A stretch of 64,000 bases of DNA from NCBI GenBank assembly GCA_002780175.1, contig PEVT01000048.1, positions 8,754 to 72,753 on the forward strand, in the 5' to 3' direction. How positions within the stretch are numbered: position 1 is the first letter of the stretch; every line of letters starts with the position of its first letter. Shown in pieces: positions 30,571-40,210 of the stretch. Made by a program: the position numbers and the translations under genes. Source of the DNA: Candidatus Moranbacteria bacterium CG06_land_8_20_14_3_00_40_12. GTDB lineage: Bacteria; Patescibacteriota; Minisyncoccia; Moranbacterales; UBA2206. The notes under the pieces were generated by a model, which ran no database searches, was not told where the DNA came from, and saw nothing but the letters and a program-made list of their open reading frames with translations.

Positions 30571-31260
30571 ATGAATGAATTACAAACCTGGGGGGAAATA
30601 ACGACGATATCCCTGTTGAACTTGTGGGAAAAATTTATTAATTTTTTTCCGATTTTAATTGGAGCTTTACTGGTCTTTTTATTAGGCTGGGTAATCGCCG
30701 CGGTTATGGAGAAAGTGGTGGAAAAAATGATTTTTTCTTTGCGAATCAATCAGGCCTTTGAAAAAATGGGACTAAGAAAAAAATTAAGCGAGTCGGGAAT
30801 TAATTTAAATGTAGCGGCTTTTTTCGGAGGGCTGGTAAAATGGTTTTTAATCCTGGTTTTCTTAATGGCGGCTACGGATATCTTGCGTCTCAATCAAGTT
30901 ACTAACTTTCTCAATAACATACTTCTCTATATCCCCAATGTGGTGGTGGCAGTGATTATTTTGGCGGTTGTTTTTCTGGTGGGAAATTTTGTTTATGTTG
31001 TTGTCAAAGGAAGCACCCGAGCGGCCGGAATTATGTCGGCGACGCTATTAGCGACTATTTCCAAATGGTCCATAATAACTTTCGGATTTTTGGCGGCTCT
31101 GATTCAATTAGGCATCGCCACTTCTTTGGTGAGCACCATATTTATTGGCATTGTAGCCATGTTATCTTTGGCTGGCGGTTTAGCTTTCGGTTTGGGCGGC
31201 AAAGAAGAAGCGCAAATGATCCTGCGAAAATTACGGGAAGAAATTTCTGAAAGGAAATAA
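30571..31260 (+). CDS. Membrane protein with repeated MscS-type 'conserved TM helix' segments (mechanosensitive-channel-like)
   Basis: The start at ATG 30571 is preferred because AGGAGG lies 8 nt upstream. Three repeated TM hairpins follow. Family assignment is tentative. Confidence 0.45.
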   Translation: MNELQTWGEITTISLLNLWEKFINFFPILIGALLVFLLGWVIAAVMEKVVEKMIFSLRINQAFEKMGLRKKLSESGINLNVAAFFGGLVKWFLILVFLMAATDILRLNQVTNFLNNILLYIPNVVVAVIILAVVFLVGNFVYVVVKGSTRAAGIMSATLLATISKWSIITFGFLAALIQLGIATSLVSTIFIGIVAMLSLAGGLAFGLGGKEEAQMILRKLREEISERK

Positions 31261-31283
31261 TTTTGAATTAAAAAAGCGGTAAA

Positions 31284-31312
31284 AATGCTCCTCCGTCTGG
31301 CGGAGCATTTTA
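31284..31312 (+). terminator. Hairpin terminator (AATGCTCC-loop-GGAGCATT, then TTT)
   Basis: 8-bp stem seen directly. The T-tract is short. Confidence 0.45.
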
Positions 31313-31406
31313 GTTTCCAGGAGTCCTTTATGACCCCCCTCTTTACTCTTAATTGTCTGCCATGTCGCTTTTAAAATTATAGCCCGAATACTTTAAATTT
31401 AGCCTC

Positions 31407-31435
31407 TTGACAGCTTTTCGGGAGCTTGCTATTAT
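31407..31435 (+). promoter_or_regulatory. Consensus sigma70 promoter TTGACA-17-TATTAT upstream of the 23S rRNA gene
   Basis: TTGACA at 31407-31412, a 17-nt spacer, and TATTAT at 31430-31435. It lies ~600 nt upstream of the mature 23S 5' end. No 16S gene is present in the intervening DNA. Confidence 0.5.
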
Positions 31436-32160
31436 GGCAATACGTGTTAAATTTAAATAAATTAATTTTTTCCAGCCAATAAATGGTAGTGTCCAAGAAA
31501 TATTTTAAAAAGAAAAGCGGGTGAGTTTTTTGGTTTTTTTATTAAATGGATAAAAAAATTGGAAACCCGCGTAAGCGGTTTTTTTGTTTGTTTCTACCAG
31601 GTACTAATTACTAATCAAATACCTGCCTACCGGCAGGCAGGCTAATATACTAATAAATTAATTTTATTATTCGTATATTCGTAATAAATTCGTAATTCGT
31701 AAAGATTACAAGCATTACTTCGGAAACCAGTTTATATAACAAAAGATTAGGTTATATGCACACGTTTCCGCAGCAGCAGGACTTTAACAATTGAACAGGT
31801 CTTACTAAAATATTGGATTTCGAGCGCAAGCGGAAATTCGAATTGAATATTTTGGTTAGTCTTCCGGCATCTTCGCAATAAGATGCTGGAAATAGGTTAT
31901 CTTTGTTTTTATGAAGAAAAAACAAAGAAAATTGCAAATAACAAATGTAATTAGAAATTGTTAACTGCTAATTAATTCCGATCTTCTTATGATCGGAAGA
32001 TTCCTGTGAAAAATCAGGAAAAGTTTAAGGTAAGTTACTCAAATGCGTATGGTGGATGCCTTGACATTAAAAAGCGACGAAGGACGTAGCTGGCTGCGAT
32101 AAGCCCCGGGGAGTTGTTAAGCAAACTGTGATCCGGGGATTTCCGAATGCGATAACGCAA

Positions 32161-32350
32161 CCATTCTTCACTAACGTTCAGAATGAAATTTTAAAGACTA
32201 AATTTAAAATTTTAAATCAAATCTAAATGACTAAATTTTAAAAATTTAATCATTTGAAAATTTAAAATTCATTTAAAATTTATAATTTAAAATTGAAAAT
32301 TTACAGTTTTTGTAAATATAAAAGTTCTGAATATTAGCGAAGGATGGTTA
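32161..32350 (+). repeat. AT-rich expansion element in 23S domain I (copy 1)
   Basis: Starts CCATTCTTCACTAACGTTCAGAATGAAATTTTAAAGACTAAATTTAAAATTTTAAATCAAATCTAAATGAC. More than 90% identical to 32474-32600. Its terminal arms are imperfectly complementary. Confidence 0.7.
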
Positions 32351-32473
32351 TTCTTAGCTGAATTCATAGGTTAAGAAAGCGCACCCTGGGAACTGAAACA
32401 TCTTAGTACCAGGAGGAAAAGAAAACAATTGTGATTCCGTCAGTAGTGGCGAGCGAAAGCGGAATAGCCTAAA

Positions 32474-32638
32474 CCATTCTTCACTAACGTTCAGAATGAA
32501 ATTTTAAAGACTAAATTTAAAATTTTAAATCAAATCTAAATGACTAAATTTTAAAACTTTAATCATTTAAAAATTTAAAATTCATTTAAAATTTATAATT
32601 TAAAATTAAAAATTTCCGAGCAATAGCGAGGGATGGTG
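32474..32638 (+). repeat. AT-rich expansion element in 23S domain I (copy 2)
   Basis: Same element as 32161-32350. It is inserted ~130 nt further into the rRNA, after AGTAGTGGCGAGCGAAAGCGGAATAGCC. Confidence 0.7.
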
Positions 32639-32943
32639 TTGCGAGACAATCTTACTCGTTTAATCGGGACCGGTGAAAAATCATAGTGGAAAGCTCCTGG
32701 AAAGGACTGCCAAAGAAGGTGAAAGCCCTGTACATAAAATGATATTTTATCGGCGTGATTGCTCTCAAGTAAGACGGGACCGGTGAAATCCCGTCTGAAT
32801 CCGGGGCCACTATAGCTCCAAGGCTAAATATTTTTAATGATCGATAGCGAACTAGTACCGTGAGGGAAAGGTGAAAAGCATCCCGATGAGGGAGATGAAA
32901 TAGTATCTGAAACCATATGCTAACGAAGAGTCAGAGCCGTGCA

Positions 32944-33118
32944 TAGCACGGAAGCTCCAAATCCAAAATCCCAAATCCAAAATAAATCCCAAATCCAAAA
33001 TCCCAAAGTTTAAAACATTGGGTCATTGGAAAATTGTCTGGCTTTGCCAGACTTGGCGTAGCCAAGGAATTTGTTTGGAAATTGGAAATTGGAAATTGGA
33101 AATTCCGCGCTGTGCGCG
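32944..33118 (+). repeat. IVS-like insertion at 23S helix 25 (CCAAATCC/GGAAATTGG repeat arms, central GTCTGGCTTTGCCAGAC palindrome)
   Basis: It replaces the helix-25 loop between GAGCCGTGCATAGCACGGAAG and GCGCTGTGCGCGGTGATGGCGTGC. Arms are CCAAATCCAAAATCCCAAATCC... and ...GGAAATTGGAAATTGGAAATTCC. Confidence 0.7.
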
Positions 33119-33938
33119 GTGATGGCGTGCTTTTTGTAGAACGAGCCAACGAGTTAGTTCTGTGCGGCTGGATAAGCTACTTTCGTAGCGGATCCACAGT
33201 GAAAGCGAGGCTTAACCGCCGTTCGTTCGTATCATACTGCGTGTGATACTCACTTAAAATCAAAATTAAAAAATCAAAAATTAAAATTTTGGTATGCGCT
33301 TCGCGCATGACAATTATAGATAAGTAATTGTCGCGAAGCGACTCCTTAATTTTTCATTTTGATATTTAATTTTTAAATTTTAGCGAGTATCGAGCGTAGC
33401 GAGATACGAGCGATTGTCGTACGGACTAGACCCGAAGCCAGGCGAGCTATTTATGAGCAGGGTGAATTTGGAGTAAAATCCAAAAGAGGCCCGAACCCAC
33501 GAGCCGTTCAACACTCGGGGATGACTTGTGAATAGAGGAGAAATTCCAATCGAGCTTGGCGATAGCTGGTTCTTCCCGAAATAGCTTGAGGGCTAGTGTC
33601 TTTTAAATGAGCTTAAAAGGTAGAGCTACTGAATGAGAATTCGCGGTTCGCCGTAGGATTCTCAACCAAACTCCGAATTTTTAAGTTTCTTATTAGGGCA
33701 GTCAGAAATCCGGGTCTAAGCTCGGATCTCAAAAGGGAAAAAGCCCAGACCGCAATCTAAGGTCCCCAAATTTATGTTAAGTGGAAAAGGAGGTGAAGTT
33801 TCTTATACACCTAGGAGGTTGGCTCAGAAGCAGCCATCCTTTAAAGAGTGCGTAACAGCTCACTAGTCTAGAGACTTTGCGCCGAAAATTTAACGGGGCT
33901 AAACATAATACCGAAGGTGCGGGTCAGTGTTATGCACT

Positions 33939-34092
33939 GGAAATCCCAAATCCAAAATCCCAAATCCAAAATAAATCCCAAATCCAAAATCCCAAAGTTT
34001 AAAACATTGGGTCATTGGAAAAGTGCCTGCCTGCCGGCAGGCAGGGAATTTGTTTGGAAATTGGAAATTGGAAATTGGAAATTCCAGCGCGT
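33939..34092 (+). repeat. IVS-like insertion at 23S helix 45 (same arm element, central CCTGCCTGCCGGCAGGCAGG palindrome)
   Basis: Arms identical to 32944-33118. The central hairpin is swapped for the 20-bp GC palindrome at 34026-34045. Confidence 0.7.
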
Positions 34093-35261
34093 AGCGCTGG
34101 CGGTAGGGAAGTGTTCTCTGCGCAGCGAAGTCCACGATGTGAATCGGGATGGAGCGCAGAGAAGTAAGAATGTTGGCATGAGTAACCACAATACCGATGA
34201 AAACTCGGTACACCGAAAGTCTAAGGTTTCCTGGGCAATGACAATCATCCCAGGGTTAGTCGGGCCTAAGGCGAGGCCGAAAGGCGTAGTCGATGGACAT
34301 ACGGTTAATATTCCGTAACTTCAAAAATTTTCGATGGAGCGACGTATCTTTGTAGTTTTTGCGCATTATTGGATTTGCGTATTTAATTTGAGGGTGCTTT
34401 TCAGGCAAATCCGGAAAGTATCGCCCAAGAATTAGGTGGAATTCCGACGTAAGTCGGGAGAACAAAGGCGAGCAAGGTACCAGGAAAAACTTCTAAGATT
34501 ATGATTTTTGAATCCGTACTAAAACCGACACAGGTAGACTGGGCGAGAAGCCTAAGGTGAACGGATGAACCTTCGTCAAGGAACTCTGCAATACAACTAG
34601 ACGTAAGTTAGCAAGATGTCTTTCCTACACCACCTTGATTCTTTAGATTATTTTTTAATAAGGAATCAGAGTGGTGTAGGACACAGTAAAAAATTTCAAG
34701 CGACTGTTTATCAAAAACACAGGTCTCTGCAAACTCGCAAGAGGAAGTATAGGGGCTGACGCCTGACCAGTGCTGGAACGTTAACGGAAGCGGTGCAAGC
34801 CAATTCCCGAAGCGCCAGTGAACGTCGGCGATAACTATAATCGTCCTAAGGTAGCGAAATTCCTTGTCAGGTAAGTTCTGACCCGCATCAAAGGCGTAAC
34901 GACTTGAAAACTGTCTCGACGAAGAGTCCGGTGAAATTGCAATGGCGGTAAAGATGCCGTCGACCTGCAGCAAGACGAAAAGACCCCGTGGAGCTTTACT
35001 ACAACTTGGTATTGACTTAGAGTTTTAGTTGCCGAGCTTAGGTGGGAGGCTGTGAAGTCCCGATTCTGGTCGGGATGGAGCCAACAAGTGGAATACCACC
35101 CTGCTGATGTTCTAAGTCTAACCCTGGTCTGTTATGAGTCTACTAAGACGAATAACCATTGATGAACCAGAAAATATACTCAAATTGTTTAGTGTGTTTT
35201 TCATGGTTCAAAAATTTATTTAGTCTTAGTTATTCATACCAGACCGGGAACAGTGCCTGGT

Positions 35262-35294
<33 letters not shown>

Positions 35295-35455
35295 GGCAAC
35301 GGAGGCGTTTACAAAGGTTGGCTAGGTCCGGATGGAAATCGGACTGATAGTACAAAAGCATAAGCCAGCTTTACTGAAAGACCCATAAGTCAATCAGTCA
35401 CGAAAGTGGAATTTAGTGAACCGACCATCGCTCATAGGAGCGTGGAAGATCATCA

Positions 35456-35488
<33 letters not shown>

Positions 35489-35620
35489 CCTCCCAAGAGT
35501 CCACATCGACGGAGGGGTTTGGCACCTCGATGTCGGCCCATCGCATCCTGGGGGTGGAGAAGCTCCCAAGGGTTTGGCTGTTCGCCAATTAAAGCGGTAC
35601 GCGAGCTGGGTTCAAACCGT

Positions 35621-35903
35621 AAAACAGCTTTTAGCTATTAGCTTATAGCTTTTAGGTAAAGGAAATTTTACAGTTTGAATCCGAGGTAAAGACATCACAA
35701 GCGGCGGCTTTTAGTAGCAATATTAAAAGTGAAGCTAACTTATATCGGTAAAATCCCGAATTCTCGGGACAATACCGAGGGAATGGTTCGACTTTGCTCA
35801 CCATGAGCGATAAGAATCGACCCGTAGAGACTAAACGTTAGCCTTCCTGAATTTTAGGGAAGAATTTATAGTCCATACACGCAGTAATGCGTGAACCAGT
35901 ATG
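35621..35903 (+). ncRNA. Putative group I intron (283 nt) in 23S domain V near the peptidyl-transferase centre
   Basis: It interrupts GGGTTCAAACCGT | CGTGAGACAGGTTGG (E. coli GGGUUUAGAACGUCGUGAGACAG). The 5' exon ends in U and the insert ends in G. P7-like strands AGAGACTAAACG and TATAGTC sit ~60 nt apart. No ORF. Confidence 0.5.
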
Positions 35904-36099
35904 CGTGAGACAGGTTGGTCTCCTATCTGCTGTGGGCGTTTATTGCTTGAGAGGAGTCTTTTTTAGTACGAGAGGACCGAAAAGAACGAACCTCTGGTGT
36001 ACCAGTTGCATCGCCAGATGCACAGCTGGGTAGCTAAGTTCGGACTGGATAATCGCTGAAAGCATATAAGCGAGAAGCCATCCTCAAGATTAGGCAATG

Positions 36100-36290
36100 C
36101 CAATGCGTAGCATTGGAATAACCAATGACCAAGTACCAATGACCAATAAATTTCCAATGACCGAATGAACAATTTTTAAATTAAAAGTTTGATTATTGGA
36201 GTTTGGGATTTGAGATTTTTTTGGAATTTGGAATTTGGAATTTGGAAATTCCACTGCTATGCAGTGGCCGATTTCCTGGAAGATTACCAG
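36100..36290 (+). repeat. Expansion insertion in 23S 3' domain (helix ~98 region) with (GGAATTT)x4 and CCAATGACC repeats
   Basis: Sits between GCATATAAGCGAGAAGCC and GATAGGTCTCAGGTGTAAGT. Contains TTTGGAATTTGGAATTTGGAATTTGGAAATTCC. Confidence 0.6.
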
Positions 36291-36532
36291 GTCGCCGCGA
36301 GGCGAACCTCGCCAAAGCCGCAAGGCGGAGGCGGGTTGATAGGTCTCAGGTGTAAGTCCGGCAACGGATTAAGCCGAGAGATACTAATAAATTGAATTGT
36401 TACTTATCTTAAATTTTAATGACGCAGGCACATAGCAAATAACTTTGGGTTATTCGCTGTGGCCGCGTGTTGTTGGATTAGCAGTTAATAGTTTCTAATT
36501 TCGCGCTTTTTTTGATTTTAAACATATAATTC

Positions 36533-36647
36533 TTGGTGTCTCTAGCGAAGTGGCAACACCTGATCCCATTCCGAACTCAGCCGTTAAGCACTTCAGCACC
36601 GATGATACCCCGACATTATGTCCGGGGAAAGTAGGCCGGTGCCAAGA
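36533..36647 (+). rRNA. rrf: 5S ribosomal RNA
   Basis: TTGGTGTCTCTAGCGAAGTGGCAACACCTGATCCCATTCCGAACTCAGCCGTTAAGCACTTCAGCACCGATGATACC...GGCCGGTGCCAAGA. It lies ~120 nt after the 23S gene. Confidence 0.85.
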
Positions 36648-36852
36648 ATTATGTGTTTAAAAAGGGCGTGGTTTTTTATTGGTCGCCGTCCGTTTATTTC
36701 GGATATGTTTCATAAAATCAAAGCATTTTCGTATAATTTTAAAAACTTCAAAATTACTGGATCTGGTTTAACATCAAAACCTTCGCGTTTTTTTTGTTTA
36801 TTCCGCGCCTTTTTACGCCAAGCGCGGACCTTAAAAAACTCATTAAAATCAT

Positions 36853-36880
36853 TCATTTTCGCGGTAAGCCGCGAAATTTT
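36853..36880 (+). terminator. Hairpin terminator after the rRNA operon (TTCGCGG-TAAG-CCGCGAA-ATTTTTTG)
   Basis: Seen directly. Several other GC hairpins lie in 36650-36980. Confidence 0.5.
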
Positions 36881-37048
36881 TTGAAAGATGCGAGGTTTGA
36901 TTGTTTATGCTAAAATAAAAGCGAGCTAATTTAAACGATAATTCCCGCCAGAGGCGGGCAAGCTCGCCGTTTTATGCTTATAGTTTGCTGTAAAAATAAA
37001 ATTCAGAAATTTTTCTGGAATAAATATTACTAAATTAAAATTAAAAAA

Positions 37049-37879
37049 ATGGAAAAAAGAGATTTAAAAAGGTTGATTATAATTCTAATTTATCTTTTAA
37101 TTTTAGCCAGCCTTTCCTTGGCGGCTTATTTTTGGTTGCGGCCGAAAGAATCTTGTTTCGACCAAAAAATGAATCAGAATGAACAGGGGATAGATTGCGG
37201 CGGAATTTGCCAAAAAAGATGCAATCTTCTTCCGCAATTTGATTTAACGGTCGGGGAGAAAGGATTCGTGGAAAGCGGAATTTCCGGAAAATACGATCTT
37301 TTTGGGGAAATTTCCAATCCGAACAATGATTTTGGAAGCGGAAGTTTCAGCTATGAATTTAAAATTAAAGATTCAACCGGAATCACTTTAAACCAATTTT
37401 CCGGAAAAAGCTTTATTTTGCCCGGAGAAAAAAAATATCTGATTGCCGTCAATATACCGGCGGAATCTGTTCCCGGAGAAATAACCCTGGCAGTAAGCGA
37501 GGTAAAATGGGAGGAGTTCGTAAATTATGAAAAACCGCAACTGAAAATTATCAATCGGAGTTACCAGGAGACGAGTTCCGGGGTTGGTTTCAGCGAAGCC
37601 TTTGGCCTGCTTAAGAATGAAAGCCCCTTTGATTTTAGCACGATCAAAATCAACGTAGTTCTTAAAGATTATGCCGGTAAAATATTGGCTCTCAATTCGA
37701 CAATCATCAACACGGTTAAAACAGGAGAAAGCCGAGATTTCAAGGTTATTTGGCCGAGTAAATTTTCCGGAGAAGTTGAAGATATGGAATTTCAAACAGA
37801 AGTGAATGTTTTTAGTTCGGAGGCTTTTGTGGAAAGATATTTTAGAAGTAAAAAATTTCAGAAATACGATTATCAATAG
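37049..37879 (+). CDS. Hypothetical secreted/membrane-anchored protein
   Basis: N-terminal signal/TM helix. 276 aa. No family recognised. Confidence 0.4.
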   Translation: MEKRDLKRLIIILIYLLILASLSLAAYFWLRPKESCFDQKMNQNEQGIDCGGICQKRCNLLPQFDLTVGEKGFVESGISGKYDLFGEISNPNNDFGSGSFSYEFKIKDSTGITLNQFSGKSFILPGEKKYLIAVNIPAESVPGEITLAVSEVKWEEFVNYEKPQLKIINRSYQETSSGVGFSEAFGLLKNESPFDFSTIKINVVLKDYAGKILALNSTIINTVKTGESRDFKVIWPSKFSGEVEDMEFQTEVNVFSSEAFVERYFRSKKFQKYDYQ

Positions 37880-37924
37880 ATTTTTGTTAAAAATTTTTTA
37901 ATAAAGTTATCCTGGAAATGAAAG

Positions 37925-39016
37925 ATGGTAAAAATTTTAAAATTAGACTGGTTGATGCTGGTAGTGGCGCTGCTTCTTTTGACGATTGGGCTGGCCGCTC
38001 TTTACAGCGTTTCTTTTTCAAGAAATGAATTTAATTCAGAATATTTTGTAAAGCAAATAATCGCTATTCTCATCGGAATAGGAATAATGTTTCTTTTGGC
38101 TTTATATGATTATCGCGCTTTTGGTTTTTTCAGCACCAGACTTTATCTGATTACGGTCTTAATTTTATTTGGAGTTATTTATTTCGGAGTTGAAGCTAGA
38201 GGCACTACGGGCTGGTTTGGGATCAGCGGTTTTAACTTCCAGCCGGTGGAATTGACCAAATTGGTCATGATAATTTTTTTGGCCAATTTTCTGTCTAAGA
38301 AAAAAAACGAATTGAGTATTTGGGTTAAGATTTTTTCTTCAACCATTTTGATTTTTATCCCCGTTTTTCTTATTTTAAAACAACCGGATTTCGGCTCGGC
38401 GATTATTATTATTGGAATTTGGCTGGGTATGTTTTTAGTTAGCGGTATCGATAAAAAAAATTTAATCATTTTTGTTTCAATTATACTGGTGGCGTTTTTT
38501 TCCAGCTGGCTTTTTTTAAGGGATTACCAGAAAGATAGAATAAAAAATTTCATCAATCCTTATAATGATCCCCGGGGCAGCGGATATAATGTTATTCAAT
38601 CAATAGTAGCGGTGGGTTCTGGAGGGGTTTGGGGAAAAGGCCTGGGTCATGGTTCGCAGAGCCAGCTTAATTTTCTGCCGGAAAAACATACGGATTTTAT
38701 TTTTGCCGCTATCGGAGAAGAACTGGGTTTTTGGGGCAGCGCGCTAGTTCTGGGACTTTTCGGAGTATTGCTTTATCAAATGAAAAATATCGCCCGTTTC
38801 GCCAGGGATAATGTTGGCTATCTGATGTCGGTCGGAATCATGATAATGTTTATTTTGCAAATTTTTATTAATATCGGAATGAATATCGGCATCGCGCCGA
38901 TTGCGGGAGTTCCGTTGCCGCTGTTGAGTTACGGAGGCAGTTCCATTATTATTATGTTAGCGTCTTTGGGCATCTTGCAAAGCATTTATATCAGAAAGAT
39001 AAAAACTCTTGACTAA
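37925..39016 (+). CDS. SEDS-family peptidoglycan glycosyltransferase (FtsW/RodA)
   Basis: Ten TM helices. Conserved SEDS motifs (GSGYNVIQSIVAVGSGGVWGKGLGHGSQ; PEKHTDFIFAAIGEELGF). Confidence 0.85.
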   Translation: MVKILKLDWLMLVVALLLLTIGLAALYSVSFSRNEFNSEYFVKQIIAILIGIGIMFLLALYDYRAFGFFSTRLYLITVLILFGVIYFGVEARGTTGWFGISGFNFQPVELTKLVMIIFLANFLSKKKNELSIWVKIFSSTILIFIPVFLILKQPDFGSAIIIIGIWLGMFLVSGIDKKNLIIFVSIILVAFFSSWLFLRDYQKDRIKNFINPYNDPRGSGYNVIQSIVAVGSGGVWGKGLGHGSQSQLNFLPEKHTDFIFAAIGEELGFWGSALVLGLFGVLLYQMKNIARFARDNVGYLMSVGIMIMFILQIFINIGMNIGIAPIAGVPLPLLSYGGSSIIIMLASLGILQSIYIRKIKTLD

Positions 39017-39042
39017 GCGCCTGTTTATGCTAGAATTCTTAA

Positions 39043-39375
39043 ATGAAAAATAAAAAAGATGATTTCCTTGACTTCGCCAAGTCTGGGGAAGCCAAACAGT
39101 CTTTCGTTAAATGTTCTGTTTGCCGGTATGATTTTAAACAAGAAAATCTGACGGTATTGGAGGAAAATCAACGGCAGAGCATTTTTCACGCTTCTTGTCC
39201 AAATTGTAAAACAGCCACTATGATTTTTTTGTCGAGTACTCATTCCGGATTGGTTAGTTTAGGGATGGCGACTGATTTGAATCAAGAGGAAGCTAAATTC
39301 TTTTTTGGCCGGGAAGCCGTGAATGTCGACGAAGTTATAGACGTGCATAGCCTGCTTTTTAAAGGTAAAATATAA
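39043..39375 (+). CDS. Small zinc-ribbon protein (CxxC...CxxC)
   Basis: CSVC...CPNC pairs. 110 aa. Confidence 0.35.
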   Translation: MKNKKDDFLDFAKSGEAKQSFVKCSVCRYDFKQENLTVLEENQRQSIFHASCPNCKTATMIFLSSTHSGLVSLGMATDLNQEEAKFFFGREAVNVDEVIDVHSLLFKGKI

Positions 39376-39427
39376 TTTTTAATCAATTGAAAAATCCTGT
39401 TTCAATAAAGAGGGTAAAAAGAAGAAT

Positions 39428-40126
39428 ATGGAAGAAATAATCCTAAAGGCAAAATTAAGAAAAGAATTGGGAAAAAAAATCAATGCCGGCAGGCGCGCCG
39501 GAATGATTCCGGCAGTTTTGTATGGTAAGGGAGCGGACAATGAAAATTTATGGATTGAAACGTTGGATTTAAAAAGATTGCTGAAAAAATCAGGAGAAAG
39601 CGTGATTATTAATTTGGAAATTGAAAACGGGAAAAAACACAACGTTTTGATTAATGAATTGCAAGAAAATCCCGTGAACAGAAATTATATCCACGTGGAT
39701 TTTTATCGCGTGAAAATGGATGAAAAAATTGAGACAGAAATTGAATTGGTTTTTACGGGCGAATCCAAAGCTGTTAAGGAGTCCGGCGGGATATTGGTAA
39801 GGAGTTTGGATAAGATAAAAATCAAGTGTTTCCCCAAAGATATGCCTTCATATATCAACGTCGATATTTCCAATCTGAATGCTTTTAATGATCGTGTTTC
39901 CATAAAAGATTTAAAAATTGATCCGATGATTGAAGTTAAAACTGATCCCAAAACAGTGGTAGTTTCAGTCGCTCCTCCGAGATCCGAAGAAGAACTGAAA
40001 GAATTGGAAGGCAAAGTGGAAGAAGATGTGACGAAAGTTGAAGGCGTAGTGAAAGAAACTCCGGAAGGAGAAGAATTGAAAGAGCCAGTCGAAACTTCCA
40101 AAAAAGAGAAATCCGACAAGAAATAG
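39428..40126 (+). CDS. rplY: 50S ribosomal protein L25 / general stress protein Ctc form
   Basis: The N-terminus (KAKLRKELGKKINAGRRAGMIPAVLYGKG) is L25-like. An acidic C-terminal extension follows, typical of the Ctc form. Confidence 0.75.
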   Translation: MEEIILKAKLRKELGKKINAGRRAGMIPAVLYGKGADNENLWIETLDLKRLLKKSGESVIINLEIENGKKHNVLINELQENPVNRNYIHVDFYRVKMDEKIETEIELVFTGESKAVKESGGILVRSLDKIKIKCFPKDMPSYINVDISNLNAFNDRVSIKDLKIDPMIEVKTDPKTVVVSVAPPRSEEELKELEGKVEEDVTKVEGVVKETPEGEELKEPVETSKKEKSDKK

Positions 40127-40147
40127 CCCGATGATAGCACATGAGAA

Positions 40148-40183
40148 AGCCGTTAAAACAGACAGTTTTAACGGCTTTTTTTA
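40148..40183 (+). terminator. Strong rho-independent terminator (AGCCGTTAAAAC-AGACA-GTTTTAACGGCT-TTTTTTT)
   Basis: 12-bp perfect stem plus a 7-T run, seen directly after rplY. Confidence 0.8.
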
Positions 40184-40210
40184 TTATCTCCAGGATGGTA
40201 TAATAATTTT

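Noticed and set aside
32931-34465. Several ORFs from the six-frame track inside the 23S rRNA gene (32931-33149 -, 33034-33246 +, 33899-34213 -, 33917-34318 +, 34012-34248 -, 34256-34465 -, 34608-34973 -, 35394-35588 -, 35963-36395)
   Set aside because: They lie within sequence that aligns to conserved 23S rRNA blocks or to the repetitive IVS-like insertions. Their 'proteins' are low-complexity translations of the CCAAATCC/GGAAATTGG repeats. They are spurious.
36618-36884. 88-aa ORF just after the 5S rRNA
   Set aside because: It overlaps the 3' end of the 5S gene and a series of terminator-like hairpins. It has Arg/Phe-rich low-complexity translation. It is not credible as coding.
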